Below are positions 40,054 to 49,500 of a stretch of 64,000 nucleotides of DNA, in pieces. A program made the translations under genes and the position numbers. Source of the DNA: Candidatus Eiseniibacteriota bacterium (GTDB lineage Bacteria; Eisenbacteria; RBG-16-71-46; CAIMUX01; VGJL01); assembly GCA_963792585.1 (NCBI GenBank), contig CAWBWI010000003.1, positions 288,001 to 352,000 on the forward strand, given 5' to 3'. Position 1 is the first letter of the stretch. Each line of letters starts with the position of its first letter. The notes under the pieces were generated by a model. It was not told the origin of the DNA. It did not search any database and was given only the letters and a program-made list of their open reading frames with translations.

Positions 40054-41820
40054 GAGCTGCTTCCTCCGTCCGGATGGCCGATGACGCCGCGTCCGGTTCT
40101 CCCATCGACCTTGATCCGCAGGGGCCGCGTGAGTCGCACGTGGCGCACGTGTGGAGTCTCCATGACGAGGTCCTGAAGGTCAAGCCAGTCCCAGTCGATC
40201 GGGTGCCGGTCGGTGTGCCGCACCGAGAAGTAGAATACCCGGAAGCTCGTAATGTTGTGGAAGAAGTGAGATCCCTGGCTGGGGTCCGCCTGAAATTCCT
40301 GGTAGCGAGGATTCGACGATGGCCTTCGCACCCGAGATCTGCGCCCATTTGACCGGGATCCCGAGCCATGGATCCGAGCTGCCCCAACGTCCGAAGCCGA
40401 TCAGCAGATAGGGTCGTCCCGATTCGACGAGCGCCCGGTTCAGCCCCTCGATTTCGGCTGCGATCGTGCGGGTCACACTCGTGTCGAAGGTGTCCCGCCG
40501 CAGATAGACGATATCGGAGATCCCTTCATGGGAACCGTTTCCGAGGACGGCCGCGGAAGCGGCGAGATTCTCCGAGGCGTCCAGGTCCTCATCCGTGACG
40601 ACGATCTCTTCGCTGGAAACCACCATCGGGCGCATCTGCAGAAAGCCGAACCGTGCTTTCTCATTCGAATCGCCCGGGAGCGTGATCGCGAATTCGATCT
40701 CAACGGGAGCGTTGACGGCCTTCTCGGCGATTCGCAAGAGGGTCTGTAGCAGCTCGTTGATTGGATACAGGTCGAGGCGAATCAGCGGCGCGAAAGTCAG
40801 AACCCGAGGACCTTCGATCGCGGTCCCGGACACGAGTCGGTCGGAGGCCGCGTCGTAGGTTGACGCGGCGTAACGCAGGGTGCCGTCAGCCTCGGCCGCG
40901 GCCAGATCCAACTGCAATAGATACTCGGTCTCCTTGATCGGATCATAGGCGGGCGGCTTTCCCATGTTGACCGCCCAGAAGGACGTCTGCGTCTGGTAGA
41001 GAAGGTCCCGCAACGTGCCGTACGGTGGATTCGCGCGCGGATAGGTGGGGACGTAGTTCCACGCGAGCCCACCATCGACAATCGTCTTGCCCAGGCCCAG
41101 CGCGAGGTTCACCACGCCGTCCTTCGGTTCCGCGTGACCCATCGGATAGAAGTTGTAAGACCGCGCAACCCCGGAGACATCCGGGTAGAATCGCTCGTCG
41201 TGTCGCCGGCCGACGACCTCCTGGATGATCACCGCCATCTTCTCTTCATCGGCGGACCGGCCCGTCGACCGGATGTAGCTCTTGGCCTCCCGGAAGAAGG
41301 TGGAGGCCCAGACAAACTTGATCGCCTCGACGAGCTTGCGGAACCGCGTCTCGACGTCGAACTGGTTGTTTGGGATCATCTTCGTTTCGTACACGCCTGC
41401 GAACGGGTGCAAGAGCGCATCCTCGAGCTTGCTCGAAGAGCGCACGGCGAGCGGCTGATGGACCTTCTCGATCAACGCGCGCAGATCGCCGACGATCGTT
41501 GCAGGGATCGATCCCTTCTGGAAGGCATGGGCGATTCGGTCATCGGGCTCGTCCGAAGCCGCGATCGCCCCGAGGTCGTTCTCCTTGAGGAAGACATCGA
41601 AGGCATCGGTGGAGAGGACCGTGAGCCTTGGAATGCCTATGTCGATGTTCGGGAACGGAGACAGGTCCACATTCGATGAGAGGATCTGCTGGATGAATGC
41701 GAGTCCCCTCGCCTTGCCCCCAAGAGAGCCGGCTCCGATGACCGTGAAGTCCTCGGTCGAATCGAAAAAGGCGCGTTCGAACCGAGGGAATGCTTCCCCG
41801 TCTATCCGATCGCCCGGCAC
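40050..41820 (-). CDS. Second PEP/pyruvate-binding (PPDK_N) domain protein, one frameshift near 40295
   Basis: LGGKARGL, VRSSSKLED..FAGVY, IQEVVG, GLGKT, EIEFA, LQMRP, GRWGS; the conserved PSQGSHFF tail continues in the 40050..40331 frame. Confidence 0.82.
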
Positions 41821-41857
41821 CGGCTCCCTCCCCGGCTTACGCAGTCTCCGACAAACG

Positions 41858-43144
41858 CTAGATCCAACCGCGTTCGTGGCAGGCCCGCGCGACCCGACCG
41901 ATCGCGATCACGTAGGCCGCGTCCCTCATATAGAGCTTCTGCTTGCGAGCAAGATCGCTGACGGCGAGGAATGCGGAAGTCATCTTGACATCGAGCTTGC
42001 CGAGCACCTCGTCCTTCTCCCAGTAATAGTTCATATTGCTCTGGACCTGCTCGAAGTAGCTACATGTGACCCCTCCCGCATTGGCGAGGAAGTCGGGGAT
42101 CAAGAAGATCCCGCGTTCCTGGATCACTTTGTCGGCGTCGGGCGTCGTGGGACCGTTCGCGCCTTCTGCGATCATCCGGACGTTCTTGTGAATCTTCGTG
42201 ACGCTGTCGACCGTGATCTGGTTCTCGAGCGCCGCCGGAATCAGGAGTTCCACGTCCTGCTCGATCCAGGCGTCGCCCGGCAATACGTCGTAGCCGAGAC
42301 CGCGCGCCTTGTCCTTGTCGATGCCGCCGAAAGGATCGGTGATTCTCATCAGCTCGTCCATATCGACGCCGGAGAGCTTGCGGAAGGAATAGGAGGTCTG
42401 ATCCTTCTGGTCCCACGACGAGACGCAGACGACCTTTCCTCCGAGTTGCTGGAAGAGCCGGATCGCATATTGCGCGACGTTACCGAACCCTTGCACGCTC
42501 GCGCGCGTCGAGGACGGGCTCATGCCGAGTTCCTTGAGCGCCTCACGGACCGTGAAGATCACGCCGTACCCGGTGGCTTCCGTCCGCCCCAGGGATCCTC
42601 CCATGCCGACGGGCTTCCCTGTGATGAACCCGGGGAACTTGCCGCGATGGATCGCCTCGAACTCATCGAGCATCCAGAGCATGTGCTGCGCGGTGGTCAT
42701 GACGTCGGGGGCGGGGACATCGGTCACCGGTCCGACTTCGCGGGAAATCTGGCGAACCCAGCCGCGGCAGATCTGCTCCTGCTCGCGCGGGCTCAGGTTG
42801 TGCGGATCGCAGATCACACCCCCCTTGCTTCCGCCGAGTGGGATGTCGACGACCGCGCACTTCCAGGTCATCCACATGGCGAGCGCTCGAACGGTGTCGA
42901 TCGTCTCCTGAGGATGGAACCGGATGCCGCCCTTGCCGGGTCCCCGCGCATCATTGTGTTGCACGCGGAAGCCTCGGAAGACGCGAACGGTACCGTCGTC
43001 CATGCGGACGGGAATCGCGAACGCGTATTCCCGGAGCGGCGCACGCAGGAGTTCCCGTGCCGCCCCATCGAGCCCGATGGTCTCGGCCACCTTGTCGAAC
43101 TGCGCCTGCGCGACCTGGAACGAGTTGTAGGCTTTCTCTCTCAC
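41858..43144 (-). CDS. gdhA: Glu/Leu/Phe/Val dehydrogenase, most likely glutamate dehydrogenase
   Basis: KGGIRFHP, MTWKCA, GGSKGG, DVPAPD, ITGKP..GGSLGR.EATG.G, QGFGNV, EGANGP, NAGGV..SYFE. Confidence 0.95.
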   Translation of the reverse strand: MREKAYNSFQVAQAQFDKVAETIGLDGAARELLRAPLREYAFAIPVRMDDGTVRVFRGFRVQHNDARGPGKGGIRFHPQETIDTVRALAMWMTWKCAVVDIPLGGSKGGVICDPHNLSPREQEQICRGWVRQISREVGPVTDVPAPDVMTTAQHMLWMLDEFEAIHRGKFPGFITGKPVGMGGSLGRTEATGYGVIFTVREALKELGMSPSSTRASVQGFGNVAQYAIRLFQQLGGKVVCVSSWDQKDQTSYSFRKLSGVDMDELMRITDPFGGIDKDKARGLGYDVLPGDAWIEQDVELLIPAALENQITVDSVTKIHKNVRMIAEGANGPTTPDADKVIQERGIFLIPDFLANAGGVTCSYFEQVQSNMNYYWEKDEVLGKLDVKMTSAFLAVSDLARKQKLYMRDAAYVIAIGRVARACHERGWI

Positions 43145-43442
43145 GATATCCTCCCTTCATCCACCTCCCCACCCATGAGCGGAAGGTCATTCCCACCTAT
43201 GAGTCTACGGCCCGGCGTAACAGGGCGGCACGCGGGATCTTGCCAATTCCTGTATTAGTTGAACTTGGTCACCGCAAGGCCCATCACGACCACAACCCGC
43301 AACGTGAGAGTCCAGGATACACCTTTGGGTCTCCGACGAGGCGTCCACGGAGTCGGTATTCCAGAAGGGCGGCGAATAATGCCCCTGGAGTCGTGGGTTT
43401 CGTGGGGTAAAACGCCCCGGCCTCCAGTGCGTCTCGAGCGGG

Positions 43443-43468
43443 GTTCACGCGTAACGTTCACGCGTAAC
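43443..43468. repeat. 13-bp tandem direct repeat in the divergent promoter region
   Basis: GTTCACGCGTAAC twice, 27 bp upstream of a TATAAT (43496-43501). Confidence 0.7.
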
Positions 43469-43577
43469 GTGCAGCTCAAAGGGTGCATTTTCCGCTATAA
43501 TCGAACCGCTGTGATTCGGGCCGCCAAGTTCCGAGGGTCCGGTGGGCCTGACACCGCACCACTAACCGGAGGGAAAC

Positions 43578-44708
43578 ATGCGATCTGATTCTGCCGCGAT
43601 CCGGTGCTGCTTCCTGGCCGCACTGGTTCTGTTGTCTTCACCCGCGGGGACCGTGTCGGCCGCCGAGCTTCGCCTGACGCCGCTCCTCGATTCTCCAGAA
43701 GATCTCGTGCGCGTCGTTCCACTCACCCAGGGCGGGGCTGCGCTTCTCGATCAGCGAGGAATCGATGTCGTGCGGCCGGGAGAAGCCCGCGTGTCCGTGG
43801 TCCGCGCCAGCGATGGACAACGTGTGGTCATCGCCGATGGTGGCGGGTTCTACGGAATCATCACGCACCGCGACGGACCGGCGGACTTCGCTCCGACGAA
43901 GTCCTTCGAATTGCGCTCCATGGACGGCTCACTTGTCTGGTCCATGGGGGCCACAGAGGACGTCACCTATGCAATCTCGTCCACCGGGGCCGTCGTGGGG
44001 TTGAGCCTCAATATCAACACTCCCGAGCGCAACGCCCTCCATTTCTATGGTGCGGGTGGCGTGGTGAACGCGACGAAGACGATCCCCATTCTCACTGGAG
44101 GGAAGTTCGACGCGGATGGACGCGTATTCACCGCCCAGAGCGCCACCGGCGGGATCCAGGTCTTCGATCCGATCGGGAGTCTCCTCTGGACCGTCGACGA
44201 TGCGAAGATGTCCGCAACGACGCCGGGGGGACAGATGACTGCGGTTCTGCGCACAGGAAGCCTGCGGCTGCTGCGGGCCGGAATCCCGATTGCGGAAATT
44301 CCGATCGAGTCCGACTTCCTCGTCCGGCGCATCGCGATCGCCCCCGACGGAAGTCGTACGGCGATCGCAGGGAAACACGAGATCCGCGTCTATGACAGCG
44401 CCTTGGCGCAGACGGCCGTGATCCAGGCCGGAGCCGACGCATTCTCCTGGACCTCCATCGATGTCGCGGCCTCGAACGGATGGCTCTTGGCATGCGTAGC
44501 CCGGGATCTCGGTCCCACGATGCCGGTCGATCACCGCCATCCGGACGGTGAGGTTCGGGCGTACGACGCCTCGGGCACTCTCGTCCACCGCGCGAGCCTC
44601 CGGTTCGGCGTCTGGAACATTTTCACGCCCACGGCCATCCTCGATCGCTCGGGTCGTGCCGCAACCATAACGACGCGCCGGTCGGTCTACAGGACGGTGC
44701 TGCCATGA
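43578..44708 (+). CDS. Hypothetical secreted protein, probable beta-propeller
   Basis: Signal peptide, GGAGG RBS, repeated DGSLVWS / GSLLWT / APDGS blade-like motifs; ATGA-coupled to the next gene. Confidence 0.65.
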   Translation: MRSDSAAIRCCFLAALVLLSSPAGTVSAAELRLTPLLDSPEDLVRVVPLTQGGAALLDQRGIDVVRPGEARVSVVRASDGQRVVIADGGGFYGIITHRDGPADFAPTKSFELRSMDGSLVWSMGATEDVTYAISSTGAVVGLSLNINTPERNALHFYGAGGVVNATKTIPILTGGKFDADGRVFTAQSATGGIQVFDPIGSLLWTVDDAKMSATTPGGQMTAVLRTGSLRLLRAGIPIAEIPIESDFLVRRIAIAPDGSRTAIAGKHEIRVYDSALAQTAVIQAGADAFSWTSIDVAASNGWLLACVARDLGPTMPVDHRHPDGEVRAYDASGTLVHRASLRFGVWNIFTPTAILDRSGRAATITTRRSVYRTVLP

Positions 44709-46339
44709 CGCGGGAGGAAATGATGAGAAGGCTCACAATGATCTGCGCATTCACGCTCTTGGCGCTTGTCTTCGGGTCCACGGCCCATGGGGAGCCGTGG
44801 CCGTACCAGCCTTTCGACCAGCCGCATGGTGTCGGAAACGCCTATGGCGAGTACCAGAACTACGGCGGGAGCCCGTATTACCACGACGGGATCGACCTCG
44901 TGACGCCCAGCGGTCCGACGCAGACGTATTCCGTGTCGGCCGCAACGGTCACCCACCTGACGTACGACGACCCTTTATATAGCGGGATCATGATAGGCGA
45001 ACCGGTCTCCGGTGGGCAGGGGTGGCTATACTGGCACATCAACTCGACGACGTTTCAGTACGACGTGGGGGATTTCGTGCCCCTGCATGGTTATATCGGA
45101 ACGACCGCCAACTGGCCTGTCTCGCAATTCCATCACACGCACTTCAACAGGGTCATCGGGACCGGCGGCTACCCATGGGGATGGTATGAGGCGACGGAGA
45201 ATCCTCTCATCCTCATGGAGCCCCGCACCGATCCCGATCCTCCCGTATTCGAGACCACCTACAACGGGAAGATCTTTGCATTCGGACGGCAGGGCGCGTC
45301 GACTTTGCTGGATTCCAACGCGCTCACTGGCGACGTGGATATCATCTCGAGGATCAAGGATATCGTCGGGATGCCCCAGTGGGGGCTGAGCCCCCTGTCG
45401 ATTTGGTACTACATCAATGGGGCCACGCAGTCCATCCCGCCGACCCGCTCGGTCAGCTTCGCCGGCCACATTCCGCCAGACAACACCATAAGCACGATCT
45501 ACAGGACGCAATCTCCCCTGAATACGCAGGGCAACTATGACTCGCGTATTTACTACTTTATTGTTACCAACACGGACGGCGACGGCTTCGTCGAGTCCAC
45601 GGACGGGGCATACTGCTGGCAGACCGCGACCTTTGCGCCGGGCGACTACTGGGTCTATGTGCGCGCGACCGATGCCGGATCCAACGCCACGGTCGACAGC
45701 ATGATGTGTACGATTGCAGGGGCAACGAACCCAAGCGCCGTTCTCCCGGAGACCGCGCACGACTTTCAGGGCGTGCCGCTGAACACGACGGTGACCTGGG
45801 ACATCCGTGTCCAAAACGTCGGAGCCGACCCGTTGTCGGTTCGCGCGGTGACATCGACATTGCCGGAGTTCAGGGTGAACCGTTCTCACTTCTTCGTCCC
45901 CCCGGGCGGCGAAATCCCGGTCACCGTGTCGTTCACTCCGACGGCGATTCAGACCTACCTCGGCATCGTTCAGATCAAGACGAACGATCTGCTCCATCCA
46001 CAGTTCAACGTGGCGGTGCAGGGCCAAGGTCTCGATCCGGCCGCTGTGGATGGGGCGTCATCGGCACTCCGCTTCGGGGTGAGGGGGACCTGCCCGCGCG
46101 GCAGTGGCCTCGAGGTGGTCTATGCCCTTGATCGTCCCGGGGACGCGACGATCGAGGTCTTCGATGCGTCGGGCCGCAAGCTCAGGGAAATCATGTCGGA
46201 AGGGATGGGAGCCGGCATTCACTCCTGGATCTGGGATGGCGCAGACGAAGCGGGGCGCAGAGTATCGAGCGGGGTCTACTTCGTCCGGCTCCGGTCGGGA
46301 ATTCGCGTCGCGTCGGGGTCCGGTGCCCTCCTGCATTGA
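44705..46339 (+). CDS. Secreted M23-like metallopeptidase with Ig-like and C-terminal FlgD-Ig-like domains
   Basis: YHDGIDL (HxxxD), YWHI, HHTHF (HxH); C-terminal VFDASGR...WDGADE...SGVYF. Confidence 0.75.
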   Translation: MTREEMMRRLTMICAFTLLALVFGSTAHGEPWPYQPFDQPHGVGNAYGEYQNYGGSPYYHDGIDLVTPSGPTQTYSVSAATVTHLTYDDPLYSGIMIGEPVSGGQGWLYWHINSTTFQYDVGDFVPLHGYIGTTANWPVSQFHHTHFNRVIGTGGYPWGWYEATENPLILMEPRTDPDPPVFETTYNGKIFAFGRQGASTLLDSNALTGDVDIISRIKDIVGMPQWGLSPLSIWYYINGATQSIPPTRSVSFAGHIPPDNTISTIYRTQSPLNTQGNYDSRIYYFIVTNTDGDGFVESTDGAYCWQTATFAPGDYWVYVRATDAGSNATVDSMMCTIAGATNPSAVLPETAHDFQGVPLNTTVTWDIRVQNVGADPLSVRAVTSTLPEFRVNRSHFFVPPGGEIPVTVSFTPTAIQTYLGIVQIKTNDLLHPQFNVAVQGQGLDPAAVDGASSALRFGVRGTCPRGSGLEVVYALDRPGDATIEVFDASGRKLREIMSEGMGAGIHSWIWDGADEAGRRVSSGVYFVRLRSGIRVASGSGALLH

Positions 46340-46401
46340 TCGTTACTGAGCTAATCCCTTGGCTTTGAAGCGATAACAGATAGTCTCCAGCGCTGATGCC
46401 G

Positions 46402-46435
46402 AAGACGCCGGTCCCATCGGGGCCGGCGTCTTTGT
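46402..46435 (+). terminator. Rho-independent terminator
   Basis: AAGACGCCGGTCCC-atc-GGGGCCGGCGTCTT stem running into a short T-rich tail. Confidence 0.7.
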
Positions 46436-46577
46436 GCGAACGTGAGGGGCTATTGCACGAAATCATAAGGGAGGCTTGTCGTTATGGCTTCCGATACGCT
46501 AGAATTCTTACGGTTTCGTCTCCATCCGGGGGTGCCGGACGGCGCCTCGAGATTTGCTCCATTGAAAGGATCGTGTG

Positions 46578-49500
46578 ATGAGAATTTGGAAGGTTCTGCT
46601 GCTCGGGTTGGCCCTTCTGGGCCTGGTCGCGAGCGTCTCCCAGGCAGAGGTCCGCAACCTCACCCTCTCGTCCGCCAAGAACGAACTCACCCTGATCGAA
46701 CAGCAGGGGGACGCGCTCCACTACCGGGCGCAGATCGGGACGCTGACGGCGATGGACGTGATGACCAGGGAGGGGCTGTTCACGCGGCTCCTGATTCCCG
46801 GTTTCCACACTTCGCATGTCGAAGGCGCCCCGGAACTTCCCATGATGAACAGGATGATCGAGATTCCCTCCGGCGGCCGAGCTCGGATCGAGGTGATCTC
46901 GTCTCAGAGCCGAAGTTACAGGCTGGCCGACCTGGGGATCGACAACAGGCTCATGCCGGCCCAGCCGAGCATGCCCAAGAACGCCGATCCCGCGACATGG
47001 CCGTTCGTCTACGACGACCGGGCCTACGCGTCGCCTCGCGTCGCCCTGGATCTCGTCCGGGTGGCAGAGGTGGGGCAGCTCCGCTCCGTCGAACTTGGAC
47101 GGCTCGAGGTCTCGCCGGTCAGTTACTTCCCCACGGAAGGGCGGATCGAGGTCCAGGAATCGATCGAATTCCGGGTGATCTTCGACGGTGGCGATTCCGC
47201 CGCCGAGGCCGATCTGAAGGATCGCACCGCGAGCCCCTTCTTCGACCCGGTCTACGGCAGGGTCGAGGGCTACCGGGATTTGCACGACAACAATCCCGAC
47301 CGGGTGCGGGATGTCGTCACCATGGTTGTCGTCACGCCGCCCCAGTTCGCCGCCCAACTCCAGACCTTCGTCAGCTGGAAGGTACGCCGCGGATTCAACA
47401 CGATCCTCGCGGTGACGGGAAGCCCTCCCGTCGGCAGCACGAAGGAAGAGATCAAGGCCTACATCACGGGATTGTACAATAACGGAACGGCGCAGCAACC
47501 GGCCCCGAGTTTCGTCCTGTTCGTGGGCGACGTCGAGCAGATGCCGACCTGGATGATCAACGGCGACGCGACGGACCGGCCCTACTGCGACATCGTCGGG
47601 GACCAGGTCCCGGACATCTACTATGGCCGCTTCTCGGCAACGAACCCTACCCAGCTTCAGGCGATGCTGGACAAGACGCTCATGTACGACCAGTTCACGA
47701 TGCCCGATCCAAGCTATCTGAACGAAGTCGTGATGATCGCCGGCATGGACTCGAACTATGGTCAAGTCTGGGCGAACGGCCAGATCAACTATGGAACGAC
47801 TTACTACTTCAATGAGATCCATGACATTCTGAGCCACACGTATCTCTATCCAAATTCCGGTAGCCAGGAAACGGCGATCATCGCGAATCTGAACAGTGGC
47901 GTCGCCTATGCGAACTACACTGCGCACGGTAGCGAGACCTCTTGGTCGGATCCGAACCTGACGCAAGCCAACGTCAACGCCCTCACCAATACCGGCAAGT
48001 ACTTCCTCGGGGTCGGCAACTGCTGCCTGACGAGCACCTACGACTATCCCGAGTGCCTGGGCGAGACGATGATCCGCGCGGCGAACAAGGCGGCGATCGG
48101 ATACATCGGCGGAAGCAACTCCACGTACTGGGACGAGGACTACTGGTGGGGCGTAGGCTACACGTCCAATATTGTGGAGCATCCGACGTACGAGGCGACC
48201 GCGACGGGCGCATACGACGGGTTGTTCCACGACCGTCCCAACGAAGCCGACATGGGGCAGTGGTACGTGACGAACGACGCGATCATCTTCTGCGGAAACC
48301 TGGCTGTCATGGAATCCGGATCGAGCCGCATCGCCTATTACTGGAACATCTACAACTTGCTCGGCGATCCAAGCCTCTCGACCTATCTCGGCGCGCCGGG
48401 ATGGAACAACGTCGTTCATCCGACGACGGTCTTCACGAACTGGAGCACCATCGATGTCCAGGCCGCCGCCGGCAGCTACGTGGGGCTTACCAAGGACGGG
48501 GTTCTCATCGGCGCGGGCACGGTGGATGCGACAGGAAACCTCGTTCTCCCCATATGGGCGGAACCCCTGACGCCCGGCACGGCTCACATCGTTGTCATGG
48601 CGCAGAACCGTCAGCCCTATCAGGCGGACATCAACGTCCTCGTCCCCGCGACGGTCATCATCGACCCGAGCACGATCGACGCGAACGTCACGACGGCGAT
48701 CGATGTCGGCGTCTACGAGTTCGACGGTGTCACCCCGAAGCCCGGCGTCGACGTCTGGGCGGCGGGTCTGGACTATGAGTCCGTCCATGCCATGACCGGC
48801 GCCGACGGGCATTGCACGCTCAGCGTGACCTACCCCTACGGCCCAACGCTCGACATCATCGGGAAGTATCCGTCGGATCCCTACGTGCTCTTCGCCCGCG
48901 CGATCAGCGTGCGCGCACAGCTGCTCACACAGCCGGACCTCTGGGTGACGACGGACATCGGCATGCAGAACATGTTCGCCCTGAACTTGCCCGGAGTTCT
49001 CCATGTGCAGGTCGGTCAACCCGGGCACACTCTGTTCGCCTTCTTGAACGGAAGCCCGGTGGGGAACACGACGGACACGAGCCTCCAGATCACACCGGCC
49101 GAAACGGGCGAGGTCGAAGGGATCATCGCCGTGAGCGGCTACAACCTGTATCGGGAGAACTTTGCGGTCGTCGAGGCCTATGGGACCCTGACCGGCCACG
49201 TCACGGCGGGAGTGGCGCCGGCGGTCGGAGCGGTCGTGACGGGTTACGACGGCACTAATCAGGAGGTGTTCCAGGCAACGACGAACGCCCAGGGCGACTA
49301 CAACGTTGGCGAGGACATCCTCTGTGCGCCCTACACGATCAAGGCCGACCTGTTCGGCTTCTTGCACTGGGAACAGTCGTACTTCGTCAACTACGGACCG
49401 AATGTCCTCAACATCGCCCTCGACGCCGCCCCGAGCGGCATTCTGAGCGGATTCATCACCGAGACCGGCACGGGCACGCCCCTCGAGGCGACCGTAAAAG

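Noticed and set aside
41585..43258. 557-aa ORF antisense to gdhA
   Set aside because: Antisense shadow of a strongly biased gene with no independent protein features.
43256..43273. Possible Rex box upstream of gdhA
   Set aside because: Only about 8 of 14 consensus positions match.
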